DNA of 64,000 bases from a candidate division WOR-3 bacterium (GCA_965648915.1 CBFGIV010000002.1:32001-96000); one strand, 5' to 3'; shown: positions 9,175 through 19,377, counted from the first letter of the stretch. Made by a program: numbers and translations. Notes: a model not told the origin generated them from the sequence alone.

Positions 9175-11044
9175 TCTTCCTCCTATGTTTGTCAGGATCC
9201 TGGATTGAGGGCGGTGGTATTACAAGATTTATATCTTCAAATTTTATATTACCCTGTTTACTTATTCTCAAAATTATCGCCTGATATGGTTTAAATTGTA
9301 AATTTATTCCATTATTATGGCCAGCATAATTTATTAAAATTTTTACATTCATATCAGTCTCACAGAACGACTGACCATAGCGCATAGGATAGGTTATTGA
9401 CCTTGTCATTGGATGGCTGAAAAAGATTATCATATCCTCGTCAATCTGCCGACACCAGAACTCAGGGATTAAATGTCCTTCAATCAGGGGTGGTTTTTTT
9501 GCTGTTTTCTGTAATATTCCGCTCACGCTCTTCTGAGAAAATAGTTCTCTTATTAGTGTATCATATTTTTTATCTTTATTAAATCCGGGCTGGCTTGGTT
9601 TTTTAATGATACAGATTGGGCAACCCATTTTGGCAAGTCTTAGTAAATTTTGTAGTGGCTTAATATCGAGCCAGTCAACATCAATATAAAGAAGATCAAA
9701 ATTCATCTGTCCGATTTTCAGACGATTGTCGGCATATTCGGCATTAGCAAGAAAATGGTTCGTCACCCAGAAAGGCCCGAATCCTATTAAATGTTCGGGA
9801 AATTTTACATACTGCAATTCCCAGTGGTAATGGGCACTTGGACGCTGGAGTTCCTCAGGTAATTCATTCTTTATCCAGGTGTCTTCAAGGGGTAGATAGA
9901 CTGCAACCTGACCACAGGGTTTTCCTGAACGCATCAAATTACTCACCTTCTCAAGATATTGATTGAAATCAGGAAGTTCTTTAACAAAATTGCAATCCGG
10001 TCCGGTATGGACTGTAGCATAGAAACGATTTTTTCCTCCGGGTGGATTATAGGGCATTCCGTGCCAGACGATGAAATTTATACCATTGGCAAAAAGGGCA
10101 TCAGCAAGGAGTTTCAAATCGGCAATCTGTTCTTTTTCCTGGTAGGGTCCAGGCCCAGGATATGGCAACCAGCCATAGATACAGGTAAATGCCTCAGCCG
10201 AAACTATCTCTTTCCCGCTCAATGCACCGGCAGAGGCAGGAATCTGGGAAAAATGCGGATCAAATAACAATGCCTCGCTCTCGGGCACATCCACTTTTGA
10301 ATATGCCTCAAGCAAATCCGTCGGTGCACCATGGCACTGGACCCTGGAGATTCCCCCGAGGCGATGGCATATTTCGGTTAAAGGTAAGTAGAATTCGTTG
10401 ATAATCAATCGGGCAATGAGTTTGCGATAGTCATAACGCACTGACTGCCTTTTATCAAGGTCACGAATATATAATCTGATATCATAACCAAACTCATCCA
10501 TAAATAAATTTTCAAATCCATCGGTCCATAAAAGTTCGGTATCCACTTCCCAGGAATCACAGAAGAGTGCCGAAGGGCTTATCTTTAATGCCGGTTCAAG
10601 TACCCTGCCCATTTTTTCGGCATACCTTTCAAGTGCCTTATGGTCGAGATGATTCAAAATAAATCCCTGTTTTGAATGGGCGATCTCCCAGGATTTTTCA
10701 AGGCGCTGTGGAGAGAGACCATAAAAATTCTTTGCCGCATCCTTTTCTTCAATAAATGAACCACCAAAGGGCCAGGCAGTGCCAAAGGTAAAATCACAAC
10801 CCAGACCAATCTTTGTCGCATATTCTTTGGCAAAGGCGACGATTTTGCTCCATTCATCAGAGAGCCATTCAGGTCCGGGCTCGGAATTGGGCAGGGGATA
10901 CATAAAGGCGAGTTCCACGCCGCCGAAGTTACTTTTCTTACACCAGTCAAGTTGATATTTTACTACTTCCGGGTCAATTTTCCCTGAAAACCACCACCAG
11001 CGGATATAGGGTCTGGCAGTTTTATATATCTCTTTTAAAATCAT
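9161..11044 (-). CDS. GH106 (alpha-L-rhamnosidase)-like glycoside hydrolase
   Basis: RPYIRWWW, FGGVEL, GTAWPFGG, FCDSWE, SAEAFT, GIN..VWHG; lies in a rhamnose cluster. Confidence 0.7.
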   Translation of the reverse strand: MILKEIYKTARPYIRWWWFSGKIDPEVVKYQLDWCKKSNFGGVELAFMYPLPNSEPGPEWLSDEWSKIVAFAKEYATKIGLGCDFTFGTAWPFGGSFIEEKDAAKNFYGLSPQRLEKSWEIAHSKQGFILNHLDHKALERYAEKMGRVLEPALKISPSALFCDSWEVDTELLWTDGFENLFMDEFGYDIRLYIRDLDKRQSVRYDYRKLIARLIINEFYLPLTEICHRLGGISRVQCHGAPTDLLEAYSKVDVPESEALLFDPHFSQIPASAGALSGKEIVSAEAFTCIYGWLPYPGPGPYQEKEQIADLKLLADALFANGINFIVWHGMPYNPPGGKNRFYATVHTGPDCNFVKELPDFNQYLEKVSNLMRSGKPCGQVAVYLPLEDTWIKNELPEELQRPSAHYHWELQYVKFPEHLIGFGPFWVTNHFLANAEYADNRLKIGQMNFDLLYIDVDWLDIKPLQNLLRLAKMGCPICIIKKPSQPGFNKDKKYDTLIRELFSQKSVSGILQKTAKKPPLIEGHLIPEFWCRQIDEDMIIFFSHPMTRSITYPMRYGQSFCETDMNVKILINYAGHNNGINLQFKPYQAIILRISKQGNIKFEDINLVIPPPSIQDPDKHRRKNAIS

Positions 11045-11057
11045 TCTACCGGATTAG

Positions 11058-11085
11058 ATTATATGTTCAATTATTCCGATGTCAA
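11058..11085 (-). promoter_or_regulatory. promoter of the sugar operon
   Basis: TTGACA-N16-TATAAT, 13 nt upstream of ATG 11044. Confidence 0.75.
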
Positions 11086-11209
11086 GAAGTCTATAGAATA
11101 TAAAGGAGCACTTTCAAATTGCCCCTTATCAACCATCTATGCTATTTTATCTCAATAGAACTCCTTTCTTGATGAAGCGTACCTCAGTGGTACTCAATCG
11201 AAAAAACTG

Positions 11210-11237
11210 TTGACACTCGGTGAATAACAAGTATCAT
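11210..11237 (+). promoter_or_regulatory. promoter of the M28 peptidase gene
   Basis: TTGACA-N16-TATCAT. Confidence 0.65.
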
Positions 11238-11273
11238 TGTATGCTCTTGGTCTGTTTAACGCAGGAGGTATCT

Positions 11274-12851
11274 ATGAAGAAGTTTGGCATACTCTTTTTG
11301 GTTGGTATGATATCAATAATTGCCGGCGCACCAATTGAATACCTTGTCAGGATTGAATTAAATCCCCAGGGGAGAATATACGACCTGGCGGATATGCAGA
11401 TCTGTATTATTGATGAACTGGATGGTTTCTGTCTGGCAATAATCAGCGATGGTGAATGGGCACTTCTCGACCTGCATAATTTCAAGTATAAGATACTCGA
11501 CACCAGTCCCCGGAGTAAGAGTTACTACATCGTCTATCCGGCGCAATGGGTCCCGATTGATAACTTAAAGCCTTATGGTGATATTCTCGATTATGATGGT
11601 CAGGCAGTTATCTTCCGAACTGAAGAGAAGAATATCTTTTTCTTAAATATGATGCAGGTCGAATTGAAGAAGGTCTTCTTCGATCCGATGGTGATAAAAC
11701 GCGATTATCAGAGTTTCACTGCCCCACCTTCAAGTCCTTTGATCGATACGCTGATCCAGCAGATGGTCAGCCAGGTCTCGTCCGATACCCTTCTGTCATT
11801 TCTCAATATCTTAACCAAGAACTTCGGTATCAGGTATTCGACCTATCGCGGTTGCTCGCTGGCGGTGCGCTGGTTCAGAGATAAATGTCGCAGTTATGGA
11901 GCTGACAGTGTCTATCTCCATCCCTATCGGACTAGTTATGCGGAAAATTGCATCGCAATCAAGCGCGGAATCAGATATCCCAACTGGAAGCGATATTATG
12001 TAATCTGTGGTCATATCGATGCGGTTTCGGTTTCGCCCGGTGCCGACGATAATGGAAGTGGAACGGCCTGCGTGCTTGAGGCGATTCGGATTATGCGCCG
12101 TTACCGGTTTGAGAATGGTATAAGGTTTATCACCTTCACCGGTGAGGAGCAGGGTCTTTATGGGAGCGCGGCCTATGCAAGTAATGCTCGAACCCAGGGC
12201 GACAGTGTCCTGGGTGCACTCAATTTTGATATGATTATGTATCAGCAGACCAATCCCGATACATTAAGACTGGCGATCGGACGCACCCGGGCAGATACTG
12301 TGCTGTATAATACCTTCAAGGCAGCAGTCGATACCTATACGACCCAGCGGACGATTTGTCAGAGCCTCGGGTTTGGCTCTTCGGACCATGCCTCTTTCTG
12401 GAATAATGGTTATCCAGCATTCTGTGGTATTGAACACCACTATACGAGTAATCCCCATTATCATACTTCACACGATTCAGTGGGTGCTCCCGGCTATTCA
12501 ATTCCATTCCTGACCAGTTGTGTCAAGGCAGCGATTGCGGGTCTGGCGCGGCTTGCAGTGCCAATGGCAGCAGGTGTTGAAGAACTAACTATCCCAGCAG
12601 GGGAGATCCCGAAGTTAAAGGTATCACCCAATCCTGCCCGGACCTGGGTTAGATTTCAGATATCAGATCACAGGGATAAAAGTTTGAGCATAAAGATCTA
12701 CGACATCACCGGCAAACTGGTCAGAGAGACTGACCAGTTGATCTGGGACTTGCGTGATGATTCGGGTCGACGTCTCCCTGCCGGTATCTATATCTGCCGG
12801 CTGAATACAGAAAGGGAAGAATCGACAGCAAAAATCATTCTGCTGGATTAA
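11274..12851 (+). CDS. secreted M28-family peptidase with T9SS/FlgD-like C-terminal domain
   Basis: SD AGGAGG before ATG 11274; signal peptide; GHIDA, GADDNGSG, GEEQGL, NFDM, SDHASF, YHT; C-terminal PNP...IYDITGKLV...WD...GIY. Confidence 0.88.
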   Translation: MKKFGILFLVGMISIIAGAPIEYLVRIELNPQGRIYDLADMQICIIDELDGFCLAIISDGEWALLDLHNFKYKILDTSPRSKSYYIVYPAQWVPIDNLKPYGDILDYDGQAVIFRTEEKNIFFLNMMQVELKKVFFDPMVIKRDYQSFTAPPSSPLIDTLIQQMVSQVSSDTLLSFLNILTKNFGIRYSTYRGCSLAVRWFRDKCRSYGADSVYLHPYRTSYAENCIAIKRGIRYPNWKRYYVICGHIDAVSVSPGADDNGSGTACVLEAIRIMRRYRFENGIRFITFTGEEQGLYGSAAYASNARTQGDSVLGALNFDMIMYQQTNPDTLRLAIGRTRADTVLYNTFKAAVDTYTTQRTICQSLGFGSSDHASFWNNGYPAFCGIEHHYTSNPHYHTSHDSVGAPGYSIPFLTSCVKAAIAGLARLAVPMAAGVEELTIPAGEIPKLKVSPNPARTWVRFQISDHRDKSLSIKIYDITGKLVRETDQLIWDLRDDSGRRLPAGIYICRLNTEREESTAKIILLD

Positions 12852-12870
12852 GAGATCATCGATCAATCAG

Positions 12871-12899
12871 GCCCCGCTATTTTCCCGGCGGGGCTTTTT
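12871..12899 (+). terminator. intrinsic terminator
   Basis: GCCCCGC...GCGGGGC hairpin followed by a T-run. Confidence 0.8.
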
Positions 12900-12908
12900 A
12901 TTTGCTAA

Positions 12909-12936
12909 TTGACAATATTGATAGTTGGAGTAAATT
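12909..12936 (+). promoter_or_regulatory. recJ promoter (probably leaderless transcript)
   Basis: TTGACA-N16-TAAATT, ATG 6 nt downstream. Confidence 0.7.
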
Positions 12937-12942
12937 TAAGCG

Positions 12943-14640
12943 ATGAAGGAATGGATCTTGCTGGATCAAACTGCAGATATGCCGGATCTACCCGGTATTC
13001 CCGGGCCAGTATTAAGGGTACTGAAGAATCGCGGATATAATACGAAAGATGCGATTGAGAGATTTCTCAACCCCGAACTTAAATACCTCAATTCACCATT
13101 CCTCTTTGCAGATATGGAAAGGGCGGTTGAGAGGATTGTCGGGGCTCAAAGGGCGGGTGAAAAGATTCTTGTTTATGGTGATTATGATGCAGATGGGATA
13201 ACCGCAACTGCGATGTTGATTCAGTTTTTAAAAGGGATCGGGATTGATGCCGGATATTATATTCCTCATCGGATAATTGAAGGTTATGGACTATCAACTC
13301 GCGGTGTTGAGTTTGCCCGGGAGCATAAATTTTCGGTCTTGATTACGGTCGATTGTGGAACAAGTTCGGTTGCGGAAATCGATATGGCCCGAGCAGCAGG
13401 CATTGATGTTATCGTCTGTGACCATCACGAACCGGGTGAGATACTGCCTCAGCCTTTTGTCTTCTTAAATCCCAAGTTGGTAACCGCCCATTATCCATTC
13501 AAAGAGCTTTCCGGAGCGGGTGTAGTTTTTAAAATGATTCAAGCGTTATCCATCTATTTAAATAAGCCCGAACTTGCGGAAGATTACCTCGATTTATGTG
13601 CCTTAGGGACGGTTGTCGATGTTGCCCCCTTGATTGATGAGAACCGCATTCTGGTCAGGTTTGGCCTGGAGCGGATGGCCCGGACTGAGAATATCGGTCT
13701 CGAGAGAATAATTGATCGTGCCGGCTTAAAGAATAAGATGCTTACCCCTTACCATTTAAGTTTTATAATTGGGCCGAGGATAAATGCTGGTGGTCGTATG
13801 GCTGAAGCCACGATTGCCTTGAAATTATTTTTAACCGAGGACCATCAGGAAGCTGGCCATATCGCTTCCCGGCTCGAAGAGGAGAATCAACGCCGTCAAC
13901 AGATCGAGGATCTTATCCTGAATGAAGCCTTGTATTTAATCGATGAAGAGAAAAAAGACCGAAACCGGGTGGTTGTTCTTGCCCGTGAGGGATGGCATGA
14001 AGGGGTGATCGGGATTGTCGCCTCGAGGATCGTCGAGCGTTTCTATCGACCTGCTTTTCTGATTGCCCTGAAGGATAAACGGGGTAAGGGATCGGGTCGG
14101 AGTATCCCGGGATTTCACCTGGCTCAGGCCTTGAAGTATTGCCAGCAGGAACTTGTTTCCTATGGTGGACACAAACAGGCAGCAGGTCTGGTGATTGAAC
14201 AGTCCAAGATTGATGGTTTTGAAACCCGTATCAACGAATATGCGAGTCAATTTCCTGAAGATCTCTTTACCCCCAGGACTTATATTGACACGAAGATATC
14301 ACTCGCCGAGATCGATTACCACCTGGTTGAATTTCTTAAAAAATTTGAACCGACCGGCATAGAAAATCCGACCCCTACCTTTCTGGGAGAAAGATTGGAA
14401 GTGGTTGGTTATCCAAGGGTTGTTGCCAATTCGCACCTCAGGTTTGCACTGCGCGAGAAGAAAAAAGCCCTGCCCGCAATTGGCTACGGGATGGGTGAAA
14501 AGATTGTCGGGTTAAAAGTTGGTCAGACCAGGATCGATGCGGTCTTTACGATTGATGAAGACTCTTTCCAGGGTAAAAGAAGGATTATGGTCAAGCTCAA
14601 AGAAATAAGGGAGTCCCAGGGTGTGGCAGAAGGTGAATGA
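12943..14640 (+). CDS. recJ: ssDNA exonuclease RecJ
   Basis: GDYDADG, ITVDCG, DHH, GPRINAGGR, GGH. Confidence 0.96.
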   Translation: MKEWILLDQTADMPDLPGIPGPVLRVLKNRGYNTKDAIERFLNPELKYLNSPFLFADMERAVERIVGAQRAGEKILVYGDYDADGITATAMLIQFLKGIGIDAGYYIPHRIIEGYGLSTRGVEFAREHKFSVLITVDCGTSSVAEIDMARAAGIDVIVCDHHEPGEILPQPFVFLNPKLVTAHYPFKELSGAGVVFKMIQALSIYLNKPELAEDYLDLCALGTVVDVAPLIDENRILVRFGLERMARTENIGLERIIDRAGLKNKMLTPYHLSFIIGPRINAGGRMAEATIALKLFLTEDHQEAGHIASRLEEENQRRQQIEDLILNEALYLIDEEKKDRNRVVVLAREGWHEGVIGIVASRIVERFYRPAFLIALKDKRGKGSGRSIPGFHLAQALKYCQQELVSYGGHKQAAGLVIEQSKIDGFETRINEYASQFPEDLFTPRTYIDTKISLAEIDYHLVEFLKKFEPTGIENPTPTFLGERLEVVGYPRVVANSHLRFALREKKKALPAIGYGMGEKIVGLKVGQTRIDAVFTIDEDSFQGKRRIMVKLKEIRESQGVAEGE

Positions 14641-15286
14641 TAGTCTCTTTGTTTTTAATGGAAAAGAGACGGTAGCAGTTATGACTACCAAGAAAGGGAG
14701 AAGTGTCTTTAAAAAGGTTCAACAGCAGAGAGAGGTATATTTCTTAAACCAGATTCATTCTGATAGGGTTGTCGATATTGATTGCGAAAGGACAACAGTT
14801 GGTGATGGACTGGTTACGAGTCGGCGTGATATATTTATTGGGGTAAAGGTTGCCGACTGTCTGCCGATTTATTTTATTGCTAAAGACCGAATCGGTATTG
14901 TCCATGCGGGATGGAAAGGGACTTTGAACAAGATCGCCCTGAAGATGCTTGATAAATTTGATAAAAAACCGGTTTACTTCTTTGGTGCCTGTATCGGCCC
15001 CTGTTGTTACTCAATCGATAAAGACCGATACGACCTTTTCAAAAAAGATTTTCCCGAGGAGATTTTTATCCGGAAAGGGGAGATGATATTCTTAGACTTA
15101 AAATGTGCCAACCGTTATCTGCTCAAGGGGATAAACGAACTTGCCTCTCTTGAGTACTGCACCTACTGTAACACTAACCTTTTCCACTCTTACCGGCGGG
15201 ATCATAGTTTAACTGATCGTAATTACGCACTTTTGAGTTTGATTAACCCTTTGAAATTTCAGGGGTTAATAGGTATCGAGCGCTGA
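14621..15286 (+). CDS. pgeF: PgeF/YfiH polyphenol-oxidase-domain protein
   Basis: QIHS, GDGL, ADCLPI, HAGWKG, IGPCCY, CTYC...FHSYRR. Confidence 0.88.
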   Translation: MWQKVNDSLFVFNGKETVAVMTTKKGRSVFKKVQQQREVYFLNQIHSDRVVDIDCERTTVGDGLVTSRRDIFIGVKVADCLPIYFIAKDRIGIVHAGWKGTLNKIALKMLDKFDKKPVYFFGACIGPCCYSIDKDRYDLFKKDFPEEIFIRKGEMIFLDLKCANRYLLKGINELASLEYCTYCNTNLFHSYRRDHSLTDRNYALLSLINPLKFQGLIGIER

Positions 15287-15311
15287 CCCCAGGTTGGAAC
15301 AGGTTTAAAGA

Positions 15312-15339
15312 TTGACAATGGCCAAAAAATGATTATAAT
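15312..15339 (+). promoter_or_regulatory. promoter of the APC-USP-Trk operon
   Basis: TTGACA-N16-TATAAT. Confidence 0.75.
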
Positions 15340-15440
15340 CGCTGTTGGGTTTTACTCAATATCGCTGAATAAAAATCTCTCAAGATATTTTCTGTGGGCT
15401 ACTTATAATTATGATTTGTATAAAAGTTTAATACCTAAAT

Positions 15441-17009
15441 ATGACTAATTCCAAAGTTGAAGCCAAGGCTGAATTGCGGCGTGATGTTACAATTTGGGGC
15501 TCTTTTATGTGGGGGCATGCAGATGTGGGCGCTGATGTCTATGTTGCCCTCGGCCTGGTTATGGCTGCTGCCCAGGGGGCAACCAATCTCGCTTTTGCTC
15601 TGGCCGGAATTGTCTATATTATGATAGGGCTGGCCTATACTGAACTTGCCTCGGCCTACCCGGTGGCTGGGGGTGGACAATATTTTACTTTGAGAGGACT
15701 CGGTGATCTGTGGGGTTTTATCGCCGGGTGTGCCCTTCTTCTTGACTATACGATAGATATTGCACTTTTTGCTTATGCCTCGACCGGTTATATAAATTTT
15801 TTCTTCCCGGCGATTGCGAAGATGTCGGTCACGATCGGCCCTTTTCATGGAGTCAATCCGGTCTGGGTAGGACAGACCTTGCTGCTAATAGCCTTTCTCA
15901 TATGGCTGAATATTCGTGGTGTTCGGGAATCATCGCTCTTAAACGAAATCTTGGGTGCAGTCAGTATCATAACCGAGTCGGCGATTATTATCATCGGTTT
16001 TCTCTTTGCTTGGAAGCCTGAACTCTTAGCCCATCAGTGGAAGACCCAGTTTCCCGGATTTCATAACTTTCTATATGGTTCGTCGCTTGCGATTATCTCT
16101 TATGTTGGCTTAGAATCAATCTCTCAGGCTGCCCAGGAGACGAGAAGGCCTGCAACAATTATTCCCCGGACATCGCTCTCTTTAATATTTACAGTCTTCA
16201 TCTTTGCTACAGCATTTTCGACCCTGGGTTTGGGCGTTCTCTCCTGGCAGGAGATTGCTGAGGCTGAAGCCAATCCAGTGGCTAAACTGGCCAGCACCCT
16301 GCCGTATATCGGTGCTTTTGCTGGACCATTTTCTGCAATACTGGGGGCGATAATATTGTTAATCTCATCAAATACCGGGGTTATGGGGGCTTCAAGGGTG
16401 ACCTTTTCGATGAGTCAGTTGAATCTGATCAGTCCCTGGTTCAATGAGGTCCACTCTAAGTTCCATACGCCAGTCCGCACAATAATCGTCTTCTCCTGTA
16501 TGGGAGCATTAGAGGCAATCCTCTCGGCATTGACCCCCAGGGTGCTGGATACACTGGGCAATATGTATGCCTTTGGTGCCAGTTTAGGGTACTTGCTGGT
16601 GTTTATCTCTTTAATAAAACTGCGATTTTCCGACCCCTTAACGCCACGCCCCTACACGATGCCCCTCAATATCAAGGCAAGAAAAAAGGGTTTAGATATT
16701 AAGATTCCGATCCTGGGTTTCATCGGGATTCTCGGGGTCAGTGCGATACTTTTTGCCGTAATCCTTACCCATACCATTGGCCGAATTGCTGGGCCGGTCT
16801 GGATCATAGTCTGTCTCGTATATTATGCTTGGTTCAGGCGTAAAAATGGTATGCCGATATTTAAGAGTATTAAACGAGACTGGGAGAAAGATCAGATTGA
16901 GATATTGACTTCAGCAGAAGAGTTTGAACTGGTTGAGCTATACAAACAGGCTCTTAAAGAAAGGGATGAGAATCTGATCAGGAGCAAAAGCGATGGATCT
17001 GCAGGATAA
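15441..17009 (+). CDS. APC-family permease
   Basis: About 12 hydrophobic segments; YTELASAYPVAGGG, YVGLESISQAAQE, FHTP. Confidence 0.85.
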   Translation: MTNSKVEAKAELRRDVTIWGSFMWGHADVGADVYVALGLVMAAAQGATNLAFALAGIVYIMIGLAYTELASAYPVAGGGQYFTLRGLGDLWGFIAGCALLLDYTIDIALFAYASTGYINFFFPAIAKMSVTIGPFHGVNPVWVGQTLLLIAFLIWLNIRGVRESSLLNEILGAVSIITESAIIIIGFLFAWKPELLAHQWKTQFPGFHNFLYGSSLAIISYVGLESISQAAQETRRPATIIPRTSLSLIFTVFIFATAFSTLGLGVLSWQEIAEAEANPVAKLASTLPYIGAFAGPFSAILGAIILLISSNTGVMGASRVTFSMSQLNLISPWFNEVHSKFHTPVRTIIVFSCMGALEAILSALTPRVLDTLGNMYAFGASLGYLLVFISLIKLRFSDPLTPRPYTMPLNIKARKKGLDIKIPILGFIGILGVSAILFAVILTHTIGRIAGPVWIIVCLVYYAWFRRKNGMPIFKSIKRDWEKDQIEILTSAEEFELVELYKQALKERDENLIRSKSDGSAG

Positions 17010-17214
17010 GATTGATAAGAATGTCTTTAACTGGCGATTGGTCTATCAGGCATTTTCCGGCTTATTATTCATCACCCTCGGTTGTGTTATCTTTGTTCGG
17101 GCTAAAGGATATATTCACTTTTTTAGCGCCGGACTTTTCAGTTCTCTGCTTTTCGCCTACGGGGTTTATCGTATTATCATCTTCATTAACAATCTGAAAA
17201 GGAGAAAAAAATAG
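16993..17214 (+). CDS. small two-TM membrane protein
   Basis: Fills the gap in the operon and overlaps the APC stop; two hydrophobic segments and a basic tail. Confidence 0.55.
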   Translation: MDLQDKIDKNVFNWRLVYQAFSGLLFITLGCVIFVRAKGYIHFFSAGLFSSLLFAYGVYRIIIFINNLKRRKK

Positions 17215-17217
17215 AAG

Positions 17218-17781
17218 ATGAGCCCGACTCCCCAGATAACCTTTCTTGGTGCAGTGATGGCGATTATATTTTCCGGGGCGATGTTTGGTATTATCTGGTG
17301 GATGCTCCATCCTCCACCCCAGATGTCGCTTTCGACTGCGAAGGCTAAGGTTGCAGTCTCGGCGATCAAAAAAATAATCGTGCCCACGGTTGGGACGACC
17401 TACTCAGAAAAAGCGGTGGAACTTGCCTGTCGATTGGGGAAAGAACAGAAAGCCGAGATAATAATTGCTTATGTCCTTGAGGTCCCTTTTACTCTGCCGC
17501 TGAATGCAGTAATGACCAAGGCCGAAGCAATTGCTAATGATGCGGTTAAACGTGCGGTCGAAATTGTCCGCCATCGAGAATTACCGGTGAAGGCAAAGAT
17601 TGAGCGGGCAAGAAAAGTCGGTGAAGGTATTATCCGTCTGGCTAAAGAGGAAGATGCCGATCTAATCATCATCGGGATCAGGCCGGTTATCGGTTTACCG
17701 GAAAAGATTCTCGGCCGAACTTCAGAGACGGTCCTCAGGCGGGCTCCCTGTGAAGTAATCATTGATCGTCAACCTGAATGA
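17218..17781 (+). CDS. membrane-anchored universal stress protein
   Basis: N-terminal TM, then IIVPT...ADLIIIG...LGRTSETVLRRAPCEVII. Confidence 0.88.
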   Translation: MSPTPQITFLGAVMAIIFSGAMFGIIWWMLHPPPQMSLSTAKAKVAVSAIKKIIVPTVGTTYSEKAVELACRLGKEQKAEIIIAYVLEVPFTLPLNAVMTKAEAIANDAVKRAVEIVRHRELPVKAKIERARKVGEGIIRLAKEEDADLIIIGIRPVIGLPEKILGRTSETVLRRAPCEVIIDRQPE

Positions 17782-17797
17782 GCATACAGGAGGAAGT

Positions 17798-18220
17798 ATG
17801 AAGGCTTTGATTTTAGGTTGTGGTCGGGTTGGTTCAATGCTTGCCAATATGTTAAATGAAAATAAGTGGGATGTGACCGTGGTTGACTCAGATGCCAATG
17901 CATTTTCGGCATTAACTGAAAATTTTTCCGGTCAACAGATCGCTGGTCGGATTGTCGATGAAGAACTGCTGAAGAGTGCAGGCGTGGAGAATGCAGATAT
18001 TATTGCGGTTTTGACTTCGGATGAGAATTCCAATCTGATGGCGGCCCAGATTATTCGCCACAAATTTGGTAAGGAGGCAATACTGGTGCGGGTCTTTGAT
18101 CCGGTAAAGGCTGGTGCCTATCGCGAATTAGGATTGAAAACAATCTGCCCGACGGATACAGAGTTATCGATGATCTTAAAAGAGTTTGGTATAAAAGCGA
18201 AGAGAGCGAAGGGAGGGTAG
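17798..18220 (+). CDS. TrkA-family protein (RCK_N domain only)
   Basis: SD AGGAGG before ATG 17798; ILGCGRVG Rossmann motif; ICPT. Confidence 0.85.
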   Translation: MKALILGCGRVGSMLANMLNENKWDVTVVDSDANAFSALTENFSGQQIAGRIVDEELLKSAGVENADIIAVLTSDENSNLMAAQIIRHKFGKEAILVRVFDPVKAGAYRELGLKTICPTDTELSMILKEFGIKAKRAKGG

Positions 18221-18865
18221 ATGTACATTATAATTGTTGGCGCAGGTAAGATTGGTTATAACCTTACCAAGGCCCTGATCGCTGAGGGGCATGAGGTTCT
18301 GGTGATTGAGCGTGACCGTAACAAATATAATCTCCTGGTTAAAGAGTTGGGTGAGGCGATCTATTTTGGCAATGGCTGTGAGTTTTCAACCCTTAAAACA
18401 GTTGGGACAAATCGAGCGGATATGTTTATTGCTTTGACCGGTCTTGATCAAGAGAATCTCGTTGCCTGTCAACTGGCAAAACTTCTCTTTATGGTGCCCA
18501 AGACACTGGCGATTGTCAACGAACCAAAGAACGAAGACATTTTCAAGAGCCTGGGGGTTGATCTCGTGGTCAATACGACAAATTTAATCAGTGCCTTAAT
18601 CGGCCACAAACTCGATATTGGTATCTTGACTCCGCTTTTGACCTTTAAGAATCTCGAGATTGTTCAGGCCGAAATTACCGACTCTTCGCCTGCTGCCAAC
18701 CGGGCGGTTAAGGACCTGGGACTACCTGCAGATTCATTGTTGATTGCGGCGATCAGGGATGGTAATGCGGTTCTGCTTAAAGGCGATTCGATCATAACGG
18801 CAAATGATACTATTGTTGCCTTGACCACAAAAGAGAAAGAGAATGAATTGAGGAAGATACTTTGA
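18221..18865 (+). CDS. trkA: TrkA-family K+ uptake regulatory protein (RCK_N + RCK_C)
   Basis: IVGAGKIG motif; C-terminal RCK_C (SPAANRAVKDLGLP...IRDG). Confidence 0.85.
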   Translation: MYIIIVGAGKIGYNLTKALIAEGHEVLVIERDRNKYNLLVKELGEAIYFGNGCEFSTLKTVGTNRADMFIALTGLDQENLVACQLAKLLFMVPKTLAIVNEPKNEDIFKSLGVDLVVNTTNLISALIGHKLDIGILTPLLTFKNLEIVQAEITDSSPAANRAVKDLGLPADSLLIAAIRDGNAVLLKGDSIITANDTIVALTTKEKENELRKIL

Positions 18866-19320
18866 AGATCTCGAAATTCTTAACACCATCGCAGATTGTG
18901 CTCGATCTTACCACCGAGGACAAGACCGAGACACTCTGTGCCCTGGTCCGGGTGCTGGTCGAAAATAGCCTCTTACCCGAGGATAAGAGTCAGGAAGTCT
19001 TAAATCTACTATTGGAAAGGGAGAATCTTGCCAGCACCGGATTGGGCTATGGGGTTGCCCTGCCTCACATCAAGACCAATCTGGTCAACAGGACCTGTAT
19101 CGTCTTTGGCCGGAGTGCAAAAGGGGTTGAATTTGAGGCGCTGGATGGTAATCCCGTGAATCTTTTATTTCTTATCCTCTCTCCCGAAAGAGAGACCGAA
19201 GACTACTTAAAAATACTCTCTTCTCTTTCTGGTCTGATGAAAGATCCTGATGTTCGGGCCGGATTGATGGGGGCAAAGACAGTTGATGAGGTATTAAAAA
19301 TTTTAAACCGTCCAGTATAA
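18862..19320 (+). CDS. PTS IIA (fructose/Ntr-type) protein
   Basis: LERE..STGLGYGVALPH, GRS..GVEF..LDG.PV. Confidence 0.9.
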   Translation: MKISKFLTPSQIVLDLTTEDKTETLCALVRVLVENSLLPEDKSQEVLNLLLERENLASTGLGYGVALPHIKTNLVNRTCIVFGRSAKGVEFEALDGNPVNLLFLILSPERETEDYLKILSSLSGLMKDPDVRAGLMGAKTVDEVLKILNRPV

Positions 19321-19377
19321 GATTGGGAACTGTCGATTATGGATAGTCTTATATGTGAAGCATGGTTAAACTTGATA

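Noticed and set aside
846..11100. tRNA-anchored integrative element carrying the sugar cluster
   Set aside because: The cluster is on the 5' side of the tRNA; no integrase and no duplicated tRNA 3' end were seen.
15340..15440. c-di-AMP (ydaO) riboswitch upstream of the APC/Trk operon, suggested by ATCGCTGAAT
   Set aside because: The other conserved ydaO blocks and G/C-rich stems are absent, and the leader is short and AT-rich.
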